Source of the DNA: an uncultured Gammaproteobacteria bacterium
GTDB lineage: Bacteria > Patescibacteriota > Patescibacteriia > Magasanikbacterales > GWA2-37-8
Reading direction: 5' to 3'
NCBI GenBank assembly: GCA_964355175.1
Contig: CAYHBZ010000002.1
Coordinates: forward strand, 204,537-268,536
DNA: 64,000 nucleotides
The first letter of the stretch is position 1. The number at the start of each line of letters is the position of its first letter. The position numbers were made by a program, and so were the translations under genes. This document shows, piece after piece, positions 1-9,783 of this stretch. The notes beneath the pieces were generated by a model. That model did not search any database, was not told the origin of the DNA, and saw nothing but the letters and a program-made list of their open reading frames with translations.

Positions 1-29
1 GCAGAGCGCGAATTAAATCTTCTTATTTT

Positions 30-974
30 TTATTTAATCTCACAGCGTCTTTTTAGTTCCTCTATGTCAGCTGGAGCCAATTTTGCGTTTATACCATTAT
101 TGAGATAAAACATTATTGCCTCGGTGCTGGATACATGTTCCAATCCCAAAGCGTGACCGAACTCATGGGCAAGCACGCGTACTAGTTTGGTAGTGTCGTC
201 AAATTGATAGATATTGATTTGTTGGCCCGTCGCGGAGCTAATATATGTACCCTCTTCAAATTCATCGCCGCGACTGGTGCTAATGGTATTATAGTGAGCC
301 ACTGAAATATTTAAAGTTTTTGCCAGCCGATTTAGAGTATCGGCCAGGGCGTTTAGTTCATCCACTTTATCGTTAAATATTTTTTGTTGGTTTTTAAATT
401 CAGCGACTAATATATTTATTGCCTGTCTTTGTTCTTCCAGGCGTTGCAATTCTTTTTCTGAAGCCCCGCCGCGGCTATTGGACATTTCTACTTCGGCATT
501 GTAGGTAGCTGTGCGGGCAGTTATCTCAGATGTCAATCTGTCCAAGTTTGCTTTGCCGGTAACATGATATTTTTCTAGAGCCAGATACTCAGAGCGAAGT
601 TTTTCATAGGTGGTTTGATTATCTTCTACCACGGTGTCCAATTGGCGCAATTTCAAAGTAGCGTCTTGGCGATAATCATAAATTAAATTAATTTTTAAAG
701 TACCGGTGGGCGAATATTGAAATAGGTTTATGACGGTTGGTTGTTCCCAAATTAGCTCGGCTTGGTCGGCGGCGGCTAAAAAAGTTTTTTGGCTTAGGCC
801 AAATTGTGAATCAAATTTGTCTATTCGGTAGGTGATTGGTATTTGGCAGGTAGCAAATTGTGGATAAAGACGATTTCGGAGATTTAATAAATCAACACGA
901 AAAAAGTAAGCCAGGCCGCTGAGGATAGCGACAACAAAGAGTTGGCCTAAAAATTTATTTAAAGCATTATTCAT
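30..974 (-). CDS. Matrixin-like (M10) zinc metalloprotease with coiled-coil insert
   Basis: HEFGHALGLEH zinc motif plus Met-turn (AIM); N-terminal TM anchor. Confidence 0.85.
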   Translation of the reverse strand: MNNALNKFLGQLFVVAILSGLAYFFRVDLLNLRNRLYPQFATCQIPITYRIDKFDSQFGLSQKTFLAAADQAELIWEQPTVINLFQYSPTGTLKINLIYDYRQDATLKLRQLDTVVEDNQTTYEKLRSEYLALEKYHVTGKANLDRLTSEITARTATYNAEVEMSNSRGGASEKELQRLEEQRQAINILVAEFKNQQKIFNDKVDELNALADTLNRLAKTLNISVAHYNTISTSRGDEFEEGTYISSATGQQINIYQFDDTTKLVRVLAHEFGHALGLEHVSSTEAIMFYLNNGINAKLAPADIEELKRRCEIK

Positions 975-981
975 TAGATTT

Positions 982-1848
982 TTATTTGCAGTTTTCCCAG
1001 CTCACCGGTGTGGCGGTAATAATATTTTTCCAAGCGCCGGCCGGTACTTCATTTTCAGTTACAAATTTCCAGGAAATTTTGGCGTCGCTGTGAGCGTATA
1101 CTTTATCGTTGGCATCATACATTCCCAAACAAGTGCTAAGTGCCGGTGAAACGTCGATGCCTGGATGAGTGGGGGTGGAGTTGCCAAAGACATAATCAAA
1201 ATAATTTGGTGTGCCGTAGTCAATTCTTTTGCCGTTGGCATCAAGAATATCGGGAGTGAGAGAATCTTCCCACTGACCGTAGCAAATTTTATCACCCCGT
1301 TTTAGTTGCACCCAACGATTTTTTACAAAAGAATAATTTTCGCCGGTATCCAATTTTGAATCATACCAAGGAATATCTTTTTTATGTGCGCCAACTTGGC
1401 CGATATCAGTATAAGGTAGTGCCAGATAGAACGGATTTTCTTTCGGAATAAAAGTAGGCAGATAGCCGTTGCGACCAAAAGGAGAATCAATACCGCCATA
1501 ATGATTTACCGCGTGACAATCCCAAGCGGTAGTGCCGTTTGGTCCGGTTTCGCCGATATAAAATTGAGTGGCCAAGACATTGTCGTGCCAAATATATGAG
1601 ATGAGTGTAGATGCCGGTGGTGTTGCCGTGGTTAGAGGTTGTGTTGAAGTTGGTGTTAATTTTGGTTTTGGAGTTGGTTTGGATGTCGAGATTATTTTTT
1701 TGGACGGTGGTAATTTTTTTATTATTTGCACCGGAGATTTTTTTGCATTCTTGGCCATTGGCTTTTTAGCGGCTTGCGCGCCCACGATAAGCATAGTGCA
1801 TAGCGTTACAACTAATAGTGCAAACGCAATTCGGTGGGCAATTTTCAT
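982..1848 (-). CDS. Secreted hypothetical protein, possibly double-psi beta-barrel glycan-active fold
   Basis: Signal peptide, Pro/Thr linker, NPFYLALPY...KNRWV...GQWED...GIDVSPAL motifs. Confidence 0.55.
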   Translation of the reverse strand: MKIAHRIAFALLVVTLCTMLIVGAQAAKKPMAKNAKKSPVQIIKKLPPSKKIISTSKPTPKPKLTPTSTQPLTTATPPASTLISYIWHDNVLATQFYIGETGPNGTTAWDCHAVNHYGGIDSPFGRNGYLPTFIPKENPFYLALPYTDIGQVGAHKKDIPWYDSKLDTGENYSFVKNRWVQLKRGDKICYGQWEDSLTPDILDANGKRIDYGTPNYFDYVFGNSTPTHPGIDVSPALSTCLGMYDANDKVYAHSDAKISWKFVTENEVPAGAWKNIITATPVSWENCK

Positions 1849-1850
1849 AA

Positions 1851-3803
1851 TTAATAAATTATATTATTATCCTCAATTAAATTATTTCTGATAATCAAAT
1901 CGGACGCCTGCACGGCGCTGGTCTGAGCATCATACAGGGTGCGGCATTTTTCTACGGGGAGTCTTTTTTTACTTGGCAATTCTACACAAATACCGTCTTC
2001 AAATCGTCCTTCGCCTCCAGCATGATAATCAATTTTATCGGTGAGAATGCCTTTTATAGTACCAGAAATCAAATTACGTAGAGTCGCTACGGGATTTTTG
2101 GTGTTGATCACATCCTGTCCAAACATGGTGGTGCCGCTCGTATTGATACCTAGTAAATTAGTTATGGTTGGGTATAGATCAATATGGCTGGCTGGGGCTT
2201 TGCTGACGCCGCGCAGTTTGGTGTTTGGTGCCAAAATAATCAGTGGCACCTGTGAATTTTGGAAATCGGCAAAGATGGCTTTGTCCGTGGTGGTGAGAGT
2301 CAATCCGATGTTGGTGAAACTGCCGTGGTCTCCAAAAATAATTATTAAAGAATTATCATACAGTCCGGTTTGTTTTAGCTGTTCAATAAATTTGGCTATG
2401 GCCTGATCGGTATAATGAACGCTCTGAACATAATTTTGTTGTAAGGTGTTTAAATTGGTGGAGGTTGGCATGGCAAAGGTATTGAGATCATTCGGCAATT
2501 TATAAGGAGTGTGTGAAGTCAGCGTAATGAGGGTGGTCATAAATGGCTGTGGCAAAGATTGCAATTTGGGAATAGATTGATCAAAAAAATCTTCATCGCC
2601 CAAATCATAAGCTCCGATTGAGCGCGAAATAGTATAATCTTCTTCGTCAAATGATCTTTCGTATCCCAGGCGCGGATAAATATTCGCGCGATTCCAAAAA
2701 CTGGAAACATCACCGTGCATAGAATAAGCGCGGTATCCGTTTTTTGTCAGTAAGGTCGGCAAAGCGGAAAAATTATTGTAAGCGTGTTTGATAAAGGCGA
2801 CCGTATCCGGCAGAGGATAAAGAGAATTCAGGGTGGAAAATTCGGCGTCGGCCGTAGTGCCGGGGCCTATTTGGGTATAGTAATTTGAGAAGTACAGCCC
2901 CTCTTTGGCCAGTTTATTTAAGTTGGGAGTAATTTCCTGGCCAGCTATTTTTTCATTAATAACCGCATTTTCCAGAGATTCTACTTGTATAATAATTAAG
3001 TTTCTGCCCTTGGTTAATCCAAAATTTTTGGCTGGTTCGCTGTTTTGTTTGTTCTCCTTGATCCATGATTTTGCGAAATTTATTTCTTCGGCCGATGCTT
3101 CCTGTGTGCCAATTGATGTCGATAAAATATCTCCCAGAGAAAAATTTACAATTCCAACTTTGCCTACCATGGCGTTCACATCAAAGAGGCGGTTGTATTG
3201 ATAAATATGGGAGACATTGCCGGCCTCCATATATTCGCGTAGGAATAAATAACTATAGCCGCTTACAATCATAACTATCATGCAAGCGCCAATAACAATT
3301 TTATCTTTTTTGGATAATAAGTTTTCAATAATTTTTCCTTTTATTTCCAGTATAAAGGCAATGATTACCGCTAGTGGCCCAAGTGTAAAAAATATTAAAT
3401 GATAACTTAGTAATGTTTTTACGGTACTCATTACTGTCAATCCTTCGCTGGCATATAAAAAAGCCGACACTTGTAAAAAGCCGCCGGAGTAAGAATGATA
3501 AAGAAATTGCGCGATAAAGAGAAAGGAAACAATTAGCGAGATTATCAGAAGATATAAATATCTATTTATTTTTTTTAAAAATATCGCCGGCCCAAAAAAT
3601 AATAAACCAAAAGCAATCGTCACTATCGTACGACGAATTATATAATGAGTAGGAAAAAGGTGGAGCCAGAGATTAAATAAATGAATCTGCGCTACCGAAA
3701 TAATAATCAGCGCTATTGGCAACCAAGCGCAGAGGATATAGCGGTATAAATTTATGAAAAATAAATTACAATTTTTTTTCAAGTTGGTGATAAAATTTTG
3801 CAT
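1851..3803 (-). CDS. LTA synthase (LtaS)-family sulfatase-like membrane protein
   Basis: Multiple N-terminal TM helices; IQVESLE, TADAEF, TSHTPY and FGDHG motifs. Confidence 0.85.
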   Translation of the reverse strand: MQNFITNLKKNCNLFFINLYRYILCAWLPIALIIISVAQIHLFNLWLHLFPTHYIIRRTIVTIAFGLLFFGPAIFLKKINRYLYLLIISLIVSFLFIAQFLYHSYSGGFLQVSAFLYASEGLTVMSTVKTLLSYHLIFFTLGPLAVIIAFILEIKGKIIENLLSKKDKIVIGACMIVMIVSGYSYLFLREYMEAGNVSHIYQYNRLFDVNAMVGKVGIVNFSLGDILSTSIGTQEASAEEINFAKSWIKENKQNSEPAKNFGLTKGRNLIIIQVESLENAVINEKIAGQEITPNLNKLAKEGLYFSNYYTQIGPGTTADAEFSTLNSLYPLPDTVAFIKHAYNNFSALPTLLTKNGYRAYSMHGDVSSFWNRANIYPRLGYERSFDEEDYTISRSIGAYDLGDEDFFDQSIPKLQSLPQPFMTTLITLTSHTPYKLPNDLNTFAMPTSTNLNTLQQNYVQSVHYTDQAIAKFIEQLKQTGLYDNSLIIIFGDHGSFTNIGLTLTTTDKAIFADFQNSQVPLIILAPNTKLRGVSKAPASHIDLYPTITNLLGINTSGTTMFGQDVINTKNPVATLRNLISGTIKGILTDKIDYHAGGEGRFEDGICVELPSKKRLPVEKCRTLYDAQTSAVQASDLIIRNNLIEDNNIIY

Positions 3804-4092
3804 ATCAAGTTTGGTATAAGTTGGAACTAAAGACGATTTATTTTATCACATTCCATATTATAAATACAATAAAAATCGAATCGGTATTTCTATGGATAAA
3901 AAAGCCGGTTTTTCATTGGTTTTATTGGGTGTGTAACTGCTGTTGCTATTGGCTAAAAGGGTGTATAGTAAATTACAGAGAGAGGGCGGGCTTTATTAGG
4001 CCCCTATATATTGTAGAGGCGCGGTGCGTATTAATTAAAAGGTCGGCACTTCATTTAACTACTGCTCGCTGATTATTTTTAATTCTACATAT

Positions 4093-4242
4093 ATGTTGTG
4101 GACTATCGTTCTTATATTAGTAATTTTATGGCTACTCGGCATGGTAAGCTCGTATACACTAGGCGGGTTTATCCATCTTTTGCTCATTATAGCTATAATT
4201 ATTATTCTGATTAGATTGATTAGAGGTGAAAAAGTCTTATGA
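4093..4242 (+). CDS. lmo0937-family small membrane protein (49 aa, not in the ORF track)
   Basis: Translates MLWTIVLILVILWLLGMVSSYTLGGFIHLLLIIAIIIILIRLIRGEKVL; ATGA overlap with next gene. Confidence 0.8.
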   Translation: MLWTIVLILVILWLLGMVSSYTLGGFIHLLLIIAIIIILIRLIRGEKVL

Positions 4243-4538
4243 GCCCGGAGATTCTAGAAACATTAAAAATCTTTGGCGCCAACATGGGTCTGCCCGATAC
4301 TGATCCAAGAATTATTTTTGCGCGCTTGATACGCTCGGCGATGGGATTCGTCGGCATAGTGATGCTGGTAATGATTCTTTGGAGTGGACTGCTCTTTATG
4401 ACTTCCGGTGGTGATGAAGATAAAGTAAAGCGCGCCAAGATGACGTTTTTCAATGCTATTATCGGGCTGATAATAATATTGTCTGCCTACAGTATCGTAG
4501 CCTTCGTGCTACAGGCGTTGAGCGCGGCCAATACTTAA
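4239..4538 (+). CDS. TrbC/VirB2-like pilin
   Basis: Two hydrophobic helices around SGGDEDKVKRAK, then NAIIGLIIILSAY, typical of CPR pilins. Confidence 0.75.
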   Translation: MSPEILETLKIFGANMGLPDTDPRIIFARLIRSAMGFVGIVMLVMILWSGLLFMTSGGDEDKVKRAKMTFFNAIIGLIIILSAYSIVAFVLQALSAANT

Positions 4539-4555
4539 TTTTAATTTTTAAATAT

Positions 4556-5056
4556 ATGGATAAAAATACCAAAATCCTCCTAGGAGTTGTCGCTGTGGTT
4601 ATCGTGCTCGGCGGTTTAATTTGGGTGGTATTTTCCAATAACTCGGCCGGCTGGAATTCTTCAAACAGCACTTCTTCTGATTATCTCAAATCTATCCAGT
4701 CAATTCCTACTTCTACAGCAGTCAATACGACCGGCGGTACTGGCACAAGTACTCCTAGGGTTGGTGATGCGGATAAAAATATTGCTCTGTATGTAGAAAT
4801 GGTAAAAAAGTTTCCCGGCGTACGTTTTGAATTTTCTAAAAATTGTACTTTAGTTACCCCGACTGATTTTGTGATAAAAAAAGGTAACCAGTTTATGATT
4901 GATAATCGTGACTCAAAAAGCCATGTATTCACTTTTGCTGGACAGAAATATACCGTATCTGATTATGGTTATGCCATAGTTTCTACTCCAAAAGTCGGTA
5001 TCCAGTCGGTATTCTGTGATGGTGTGCAAAGGTCAAAGGTAAATGTACAAAGATAG
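4556..5056 (+). CDS. Membrane-anchored hypothetical protein (cupredoxin-like C-terminus)
   Basis: N-terminal TM helix, Ser/Thr linker, DNRDSKSHVF motif. Confidence 0.6.
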   Translation: MDKNTKILLGVVAVVIVLGGLIWVVFSNNSAGWNSSNSTSSDYLKSIQSIPTSTAVNTTGGTGTSTPRVGDADKNIALYVEMVKKFPGVRFEFSKNCTLVTPTDFVIKKGNQFMIDNRDSKSHVFTFAGQKYTVSDYGYAIVSTPKVGIQSVFCDGVQRSKVNVQR

Positions 5057-5081
5057 GAAATCAGCCCAATACGCCTTCCTA

Positions 5082-5110
5082 TTGACAAAATCGCTGTTTT
5101 ATGCTATACT
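5082..5110 (+). promoter_or_regulatory. sigma70 promoter of DEAD-box helicase
   Basis: TTGACA-17 nt-TATACT. Confidence 0.75.
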
Positions 5111-5216
5111 TAAGTGTTTTTAACAACTAGCCGTGACTTTCGCGGCCTTAGACTCGAATCTCTTTTTAGTGTCGCATTTATGTGGCCCAAGTGAAGTCGG
5201 GTCACATAAATGTCAT

Positions 5217-6509
5217 ATGACACAGGTGCAAAAAAATATCACCAGTTTTGGTGAATTGGGCCTCGCGCCCAAGCTACTCTCGGTCCTTGAGACCAATGGT
5301 TTTATTCATCCTACTCCTATTCAGCAGAGGGCTATCCCTGTTGCTTTGGAAGGTAAGGATGTAGTCGGAATAGCGCAAACCGGTACCGGCAAAACGCTGG
5401 CTTTTGGTTTACCGATGATCCAAAGTATTTCTCGTAACAAGGGTCAGGGTTTGGTATTGGTACCGACTCGCGAGCTTGCTATTCAGGTAGAAGAAACTCT
5501 ACAAAAAATTGGCCGCGCGATTGGTCTACAAACCGTAGTGCTGATTGGTGGCGCGCCCATGTATATGCAGACCAAAGCTCTGCGTCACAGTCCGCATATT
5601 ATTATTGCTACTCCAGGACGTCTGATGGACCATATGGAACAAAAGACTGTGAGTTTACAAAATATTAAAGTGGTGGTGCTCGATGAAGCCGATCGTATGT
5701 ATGATATTGGTTTCGCTCCACAAGTAAAACAAATTTTGCGCGCGGTTCCAAGCGATCGTCAGAGCATGTTGTTTTCGGCTACGATGCCGGCCGCCATTGC
5801 TTCTATCGCTACTCACTCGATGAAAAATCCGGTGCGTATCGAAGTAGCTCCGGTTGGTACTACTGCCAAGCTGATTGATCAGGCGATATATATGGTGGGC
5901 AAAGAATTACGCCTGCAATTACTGGATCTGTTGCTCGAAAAAGAATCTGGCACAGTATTGGTATTTTCTCGCACCAAACATGGCGCCAAAAAAATCGCTT
6001 CCTCTATCCGCAACATGAATCATACGGCGATGGAAATCCACAGTGATCGTTCGTTGGCTCAGCGCCGCGCCGCTCTTAGTGGTTTTAAATCTGGTGCGCA
6101 TCGTGTACTGGTGGCTACTGATATTGCCGCTCGCGGTATTGATGTTACCGGAATTTCTTTGGTAATCAATTTTGATTTGCCAAATAATTCTGAAGATTAT
6201 GTGCATCGCATTGGCCGTACCGGTCGTGCTGGTGCTTCTGGTAGAGCGGTATCTTTCGCTACACCGGATGAACGCGGCGTATTGCGTGATATTGAACGCC
6301 TTATCAAAAAACCTTTGCCAATTTTGGCTTTGCCGGTATTGCCGCAAAAGCGTGCGCAGTCCAATTCAGCTCATCTCATGGGTCATGAACCGCGTGCGTA
6401 TAACCAAGGCAATAGCCGACCAAGATGGGGCAATAATCAACGCAGCGGTGGCAGTGGTCAGCGCGTGAATAAATTTTCCAACCCTCGTCACGCCCGCAGT
6501 CGCTACTAA
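5217..6509 (+). CDS. DEAD-box RNA helicase (RhlE-like)
   Basis: AQTGTGKT, PTRELA, DEAD, SAT and HRIGRTGRAG motifs; ATG 5217 preferred. Confidence 0.95.
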   Translation: MTQVQKNITSFGELGLAPKLLSVLETNGFIHPTPIQQRAIPVALEGKDVVGIAQTGTGKTLAFGLPMIQSISRNKGQGLVLVPTRELAIQVEETLQKIGRAIGLQTVVLIGGAPMYMQTKALRHSPHIIIATPGRLMDHMEQKTVSLQNIKVVVLDEADRMYDIGFAPQVKQILRAVPSDRQSMLFSATMPAAIASIATHSMKNPVRIEVAPVGTTAKLIDQAIYMVGKELRLQLLDLLLEKESGTVLVFSRTKHGAKKIASSIRNMNHTAMEIHSDRSLAQRRAALSGFKSGAHRVLVATDIAARGIDVTGISLVINFDLPNNSEDYVHRIGRTGRAGASGRAVSFATPDERGVLRDIERLIKKPLPILALPVLPQKRAQSNSAHLMGHEPRAYNQGNSRPRWGNNQRSGGSGQRVNKFSNPRHARSRY

Positions 6510-6643
6510 TTTATAAGTTCAAAAAAAATATCCCTATTCCGTAGGGATATTTTTTTTGCTATACTATGTCTATTATTAATAAATTTTTGCGCCACCACTA
6601 AAGTTTAGGTGGCACGCGGCCATTTCATTCGGAATGACATTAT

Positions 6644-7690
6644 ATGTATAAAAATTTCATCTTTCCTATCCTTTCAAAATTTGATGCTGAAGACGCGCAT
6701 GATTTTATTTTTTCTTCTCTCAAAATACTTTTTTATATTCCGGGAGCGCGCTGGCTCACCAAAAAAATTTATACTATTGAAGATAAAGAATTGGAGCGTA
6801 AGGTTTTTGGTTTGACCTTCAAAAATCCCGTAGGTTTGGCCGCTGGCCTGGACAAAGGCGCCAAGCTTTTTGATGAGTTGGCTTATTTTGGTTTTGGATT
6901 TATTGAAATTGGTACCGTGACGCCGCTAGCTCAGCCTGGCAATGATCAGCCGCGACTATTTCGTCTGAAAATGGACGAAGCCCTGATCAATCGCATGGGC
7001 TTCAACGGCGAAGGAGTAAAGGTGGTAGTGGAGAGACTGAAAAAAAGAAGTAATTATAAAATAATTATTGGCGGTAATATTGGAAAAAATAAAATTACTA
7101 GTAATGAAGAGGCGATAAAAGATTATGAAATTTGTTTTAACGAAATGTTTTCGTGGGTGGATTATTTTGTAATCAATGTGAGCTCTCCTAATACGCCCGG
7201 ACTGCGTGCTTTGCAGGATAGAGAGCCGTTGACCAAATTGTTGGTTAGTTTACAGGAGCTAAATTGGCAAAGAGAAAACCCCAAACCGATTTTATTGAAA
7301 ATCGCGCCCGATCTTACTAATGAACAGCTCGATGATATTATCGCGATTGTGAAAGAAACAAAAATTGACGGAGTAATAGCGACCAACACTACCATTTCTA
7401 GACATAGACTAAAAACGCCGCCAGAAATAATTGAACAAATTGGCGCAGGCGGACTAAGCGGCAAACCTCTCACTGTCCGTAGTACCGAAGTGGTACGCTA
7501 TTTGGTGGAAAAATCCGGCCATACTTTTCCTGTGATCGCTGTGGGTGGAGTTCACAGCGCGGCCGACGCCATAGAAAAAATAAAAGCGGGCGCCGCTTTA
7601 GTACAGATATATACGGGATTTATTTATGAAGGTCCGGCTTTGATTAAAAAAATCAACAAAGAGATTTTGGATGAATTGAAAACAGTCTAA
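6644..7690 (+). CDS. pyrD: Quinone-dependent dihydroorotate dehydrogenase (class 2)
   Basis: [31 protein letters not shown] and GGLSG motifs. Confidence 0.93.
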   Translation: MYKNFIFPILSKFDAEDAHDFIFSSLKILFYIPGARWLTKKIYTIEDKELERKVFGLTFKNPVGLAAGLDKGAKLFDELAYFGFGFIEIGTVTPLAQPGNDQPRLFRLKMDEALINRMGFNGEGVKVVVERLKKRSNYKIIIGGNIGKNKITSNEEAIKDYEICFNEMFSWVDYFVINVSSPNTPGLRALQDREPLTKLLVSLQELNWQRENPKPILLKIAPDLTNEQLDDIIAIVKETKIDGVIATNTTISRHRLKTPPEIIEQIGAGGLSGKPLTVRSTEVVRYLVEKSGHTFPVIAVGGVHSAADAIEKIKAGAALVQIYTGFIYEGPALIKKINKEILDELKTV

Positions 7691-7802
7691 GGCGATAAAA
7701 CACCTTATTTAAAGGTGTTTTTTTAATTAAAAAATTTGTCCACATTTTTAATTTGACCTTCTTAAAATTTACTATTACTATACTCGTAGTTCTTTAGGTA
7801 TT

Positions 7803-7906
7803 AAACTCTATCAAACGTGGAAGTGAGGTGTGATTCCTCCACTGTGCCGCAACGGTAAAGCCCCGACTGAATCGGGGATAAGTCCGGTCTTCGTATGATA
7901 TGGTTT
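7803..7906 (+). ncRNA. Cobalamin riboswitch-like RNA (short class II / variant type)
   Basis: GGAAGTGAGGTGTGATTCCTCCACTGTGCCGCAACGGTAA...AAGTCCGG resembles the B12-element core; closing stem TATCA/TGATA; upstream TTGACC-17-TACTAT. Confidence 0.7.
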
Positions 7907-8036
7907 GTAGCTATCCTCGAGCAAGGACGAGCGAAAACAGGCCCCAAGAAAGTGCACTTATCTGTATTTTCTTGGGTTCTGATTCTCGGCGTCCTTGTTG
8001 TTTCAAGGACGCTTTTGTTTTCTCTGGAGGTGCACG

Positions 8037-8387
8037 ATGAATCGTAGGTGGTTTCTGGGTCTGTGTGGCGGTGTGGCGTTGGTGTTGGTCGGGTGTGAGT
8101 CTTCGCCCCCGATGACGCTGCTCGAGCTGCTCCAGCGGCAGGATGGAAAGGAGTTCTTGGCTGAGCGGCGGATGCTCAACGGTCACGAGACGCTGTACGT
8201 GATCGGTGTCCGGGATCAGGGCGTACAAGAGTACAGGCTGGAAGACCGGGTCAAGGGGTATTCCTGGATCTTCTACGTCGGTGACGAATACCAGCGGGTG
8301 CTGGTGGACAAGTCGCCCAGCGAATACCTGGTGGCTCCGGGTACGCGGGTCTACGTGGCCTACGAGCCCTGGCAGTCCTGGGCGTGA
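8037..8387 (+). CDS. GC-rich putative lipoprotein with twin-arginine-like signal
   Basis: GGAGG SD at 8026-8030; MNRRWFLG...LVGC lipobox. Confidence 0.7.
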   Translation: MNRRWFLGLCGGVALVLVGCESSPPMTLLELLQRQDGKEFLAERRMLNGHETLYVIGVRDQGVQEYRLEDRVKGYSWIFYVGDEYQRVLVDKSPSEYLVAPGTRVYVAYEPWQSWA

Positions 8388-8458
8388 GCCTGTGTTCCGT
8401 CCTGAAATATGGATGGATAGGAAGGCACGAGCGGAATAAAAAACCGTTCGCTACCAAC

Positions 8459-9109
8459 CTATTTTGTTTCTAATTTTTTAGAGATAGAATAGGGTAGCGA
8501 ACGGTTTTCTTTTTTATAAATTCCGACAGCTATGAGCGCGCCGATAAAACTTCCCGCGGCACCACCGATAATATCATATTTGGTATCAAGGTTTATTTCC
8601 GTGCCGTAGATTCCAAACAGGCGAGTATTAAAGATGGTATCCATAGTATATTCATAGAATTCCCAATCGATCACACAGCTCATTACCGTCATCGTTGCCA
8701 GCGCGATGGAATAGTATGGTCGTATTTCCAAATGTTGATGTAGTACCAGAGATAAAATTATCACACTTAAAAGCGGCATCAAAAAATGTAGGAATTTATC
8801 AAATGGCAAACCGATAATATATAGTTGGTAAAGTCCAATGTCGCCCAAGGCGTTACTTAAAAATATAGTTGATAATAAAAATTCAAACATAGTGGCGGCG
8901 TGATTTTTTTGGTGAGCCTGGGCATGAGTCGTTTCAACTTTGATAAGTTTTGGCAGGACGATTATCATCAGGGCGGCGCTGAGCGTGCCGACGCCCAAAT
9001 AGCGGACATCATAAAAATCTGGGAACCAACGGACCGGCAATATTAAAGCAACAATACCGATGCTAAATAGGATATATAGAGATATCTTCACAAACATCTT
9101 GATAGTCAT
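8459..9109 (-). CDS. Multi-pass membrane protein
   Basis: Several TM helices; FDKFLH and WEFYEY...DT..D motifs. Confidence 0.7.
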   Translation of the reverse strand: MTIKMFVKISLYILFSIGIVALILPVRWFPDFYDVRYLGVGTLSAALMIIVLPKLIKVETTHAQAHQKNHAATMFEFLLSTIFLSNALGDIGLYQLYIIGLPFDKFLHFLMPLLSVIILSLVLHQHLEIRPYYSIALATMTVMSCVIDWEFYEYTMDTIFNTRLFGIYGTEINLDTKYDIIGGAAGSFIGALIAVGIYKKENRSLPYSISKKLETK

Positions 9110-9250
9110 ATAGGGGGCTTAAAATTTAGATCCTCTCGTATCTATATCATAATCCTTTGATAAATTTTTTTCTATAGAGTTATTAACTTTGACTATTTAC
9201 GTTTTGACTGGTAGATTATATATATAAATTTGATTTTTTTAATATGAGCT

Positions 9251-9670
9251 ATGAATAATCCGATCTGCGATCAAAAACTATCTTCGTGGGCTCCGTTGGT
9301 TTTGCGTTTAGGTATGGCCGCGGTAGTAGGCTGGTTTGGTATTTCACAAGTCTATAGTCCCGATGATTGGGTAGGCGTGGTGCCACAATGGGCGTCGAAT
9401 TTGTCTGGCCTGAGTAACTTTTTAATTGTTAGTATTAATGGTTGGTTTGAGATTATTGCCGCTTTATTGTTAGTTTTGGGTTTTTGGGTGCGCTGGGTGG
9501 GATTACTTTTATCAGCCCATTTGTTTGTGATTGCTTCAAGCTTCGGAATTACTAGTCCCACCGGTATTCGTGATTTTGGTTTGAGCTTTGCTCTGCTCGC
9601 GATATTTTTTGCCGGTCAAGATAAGCATTGTCTTGATTATAAAGACCCTGTCCCAGCGGTAATTAAATAA
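9251..9670 (+). CDS. DoxX-family membrane protein
   Basis: LVLRLG...G.FE...LLVLG...R pattern, 4 TM helices. Confidence 0.8.
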   Translation: MNNPICDQKLSSWAPLVLRLGMAAVVGWFGISQVYSPDDWVGVVPQWASNLSGLSNFLIVSINGWFEIIAALLLVLGFWVRWVGLLLSAHLFVIASSFGITSPTGIRDFGLSFALLAIFFAGQDKHCLDYKDPVPAVIK

Positions 9671-9783
9671 GTTTTTAGTTCAAAAACTCTCGATTTATTC
9701 GGGAGTTTTTTTATTCTATTTGTGCTTGCATTTTGCCGGTTTTTATTCTACACTATACCAAGATTACTCATTATTTTTATTAC

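Noticed and set aside
3821-4072. 83-aa ORF
   Set aside because: TTG start in an AT-rich divergent promoter region; no recognisable protein features.
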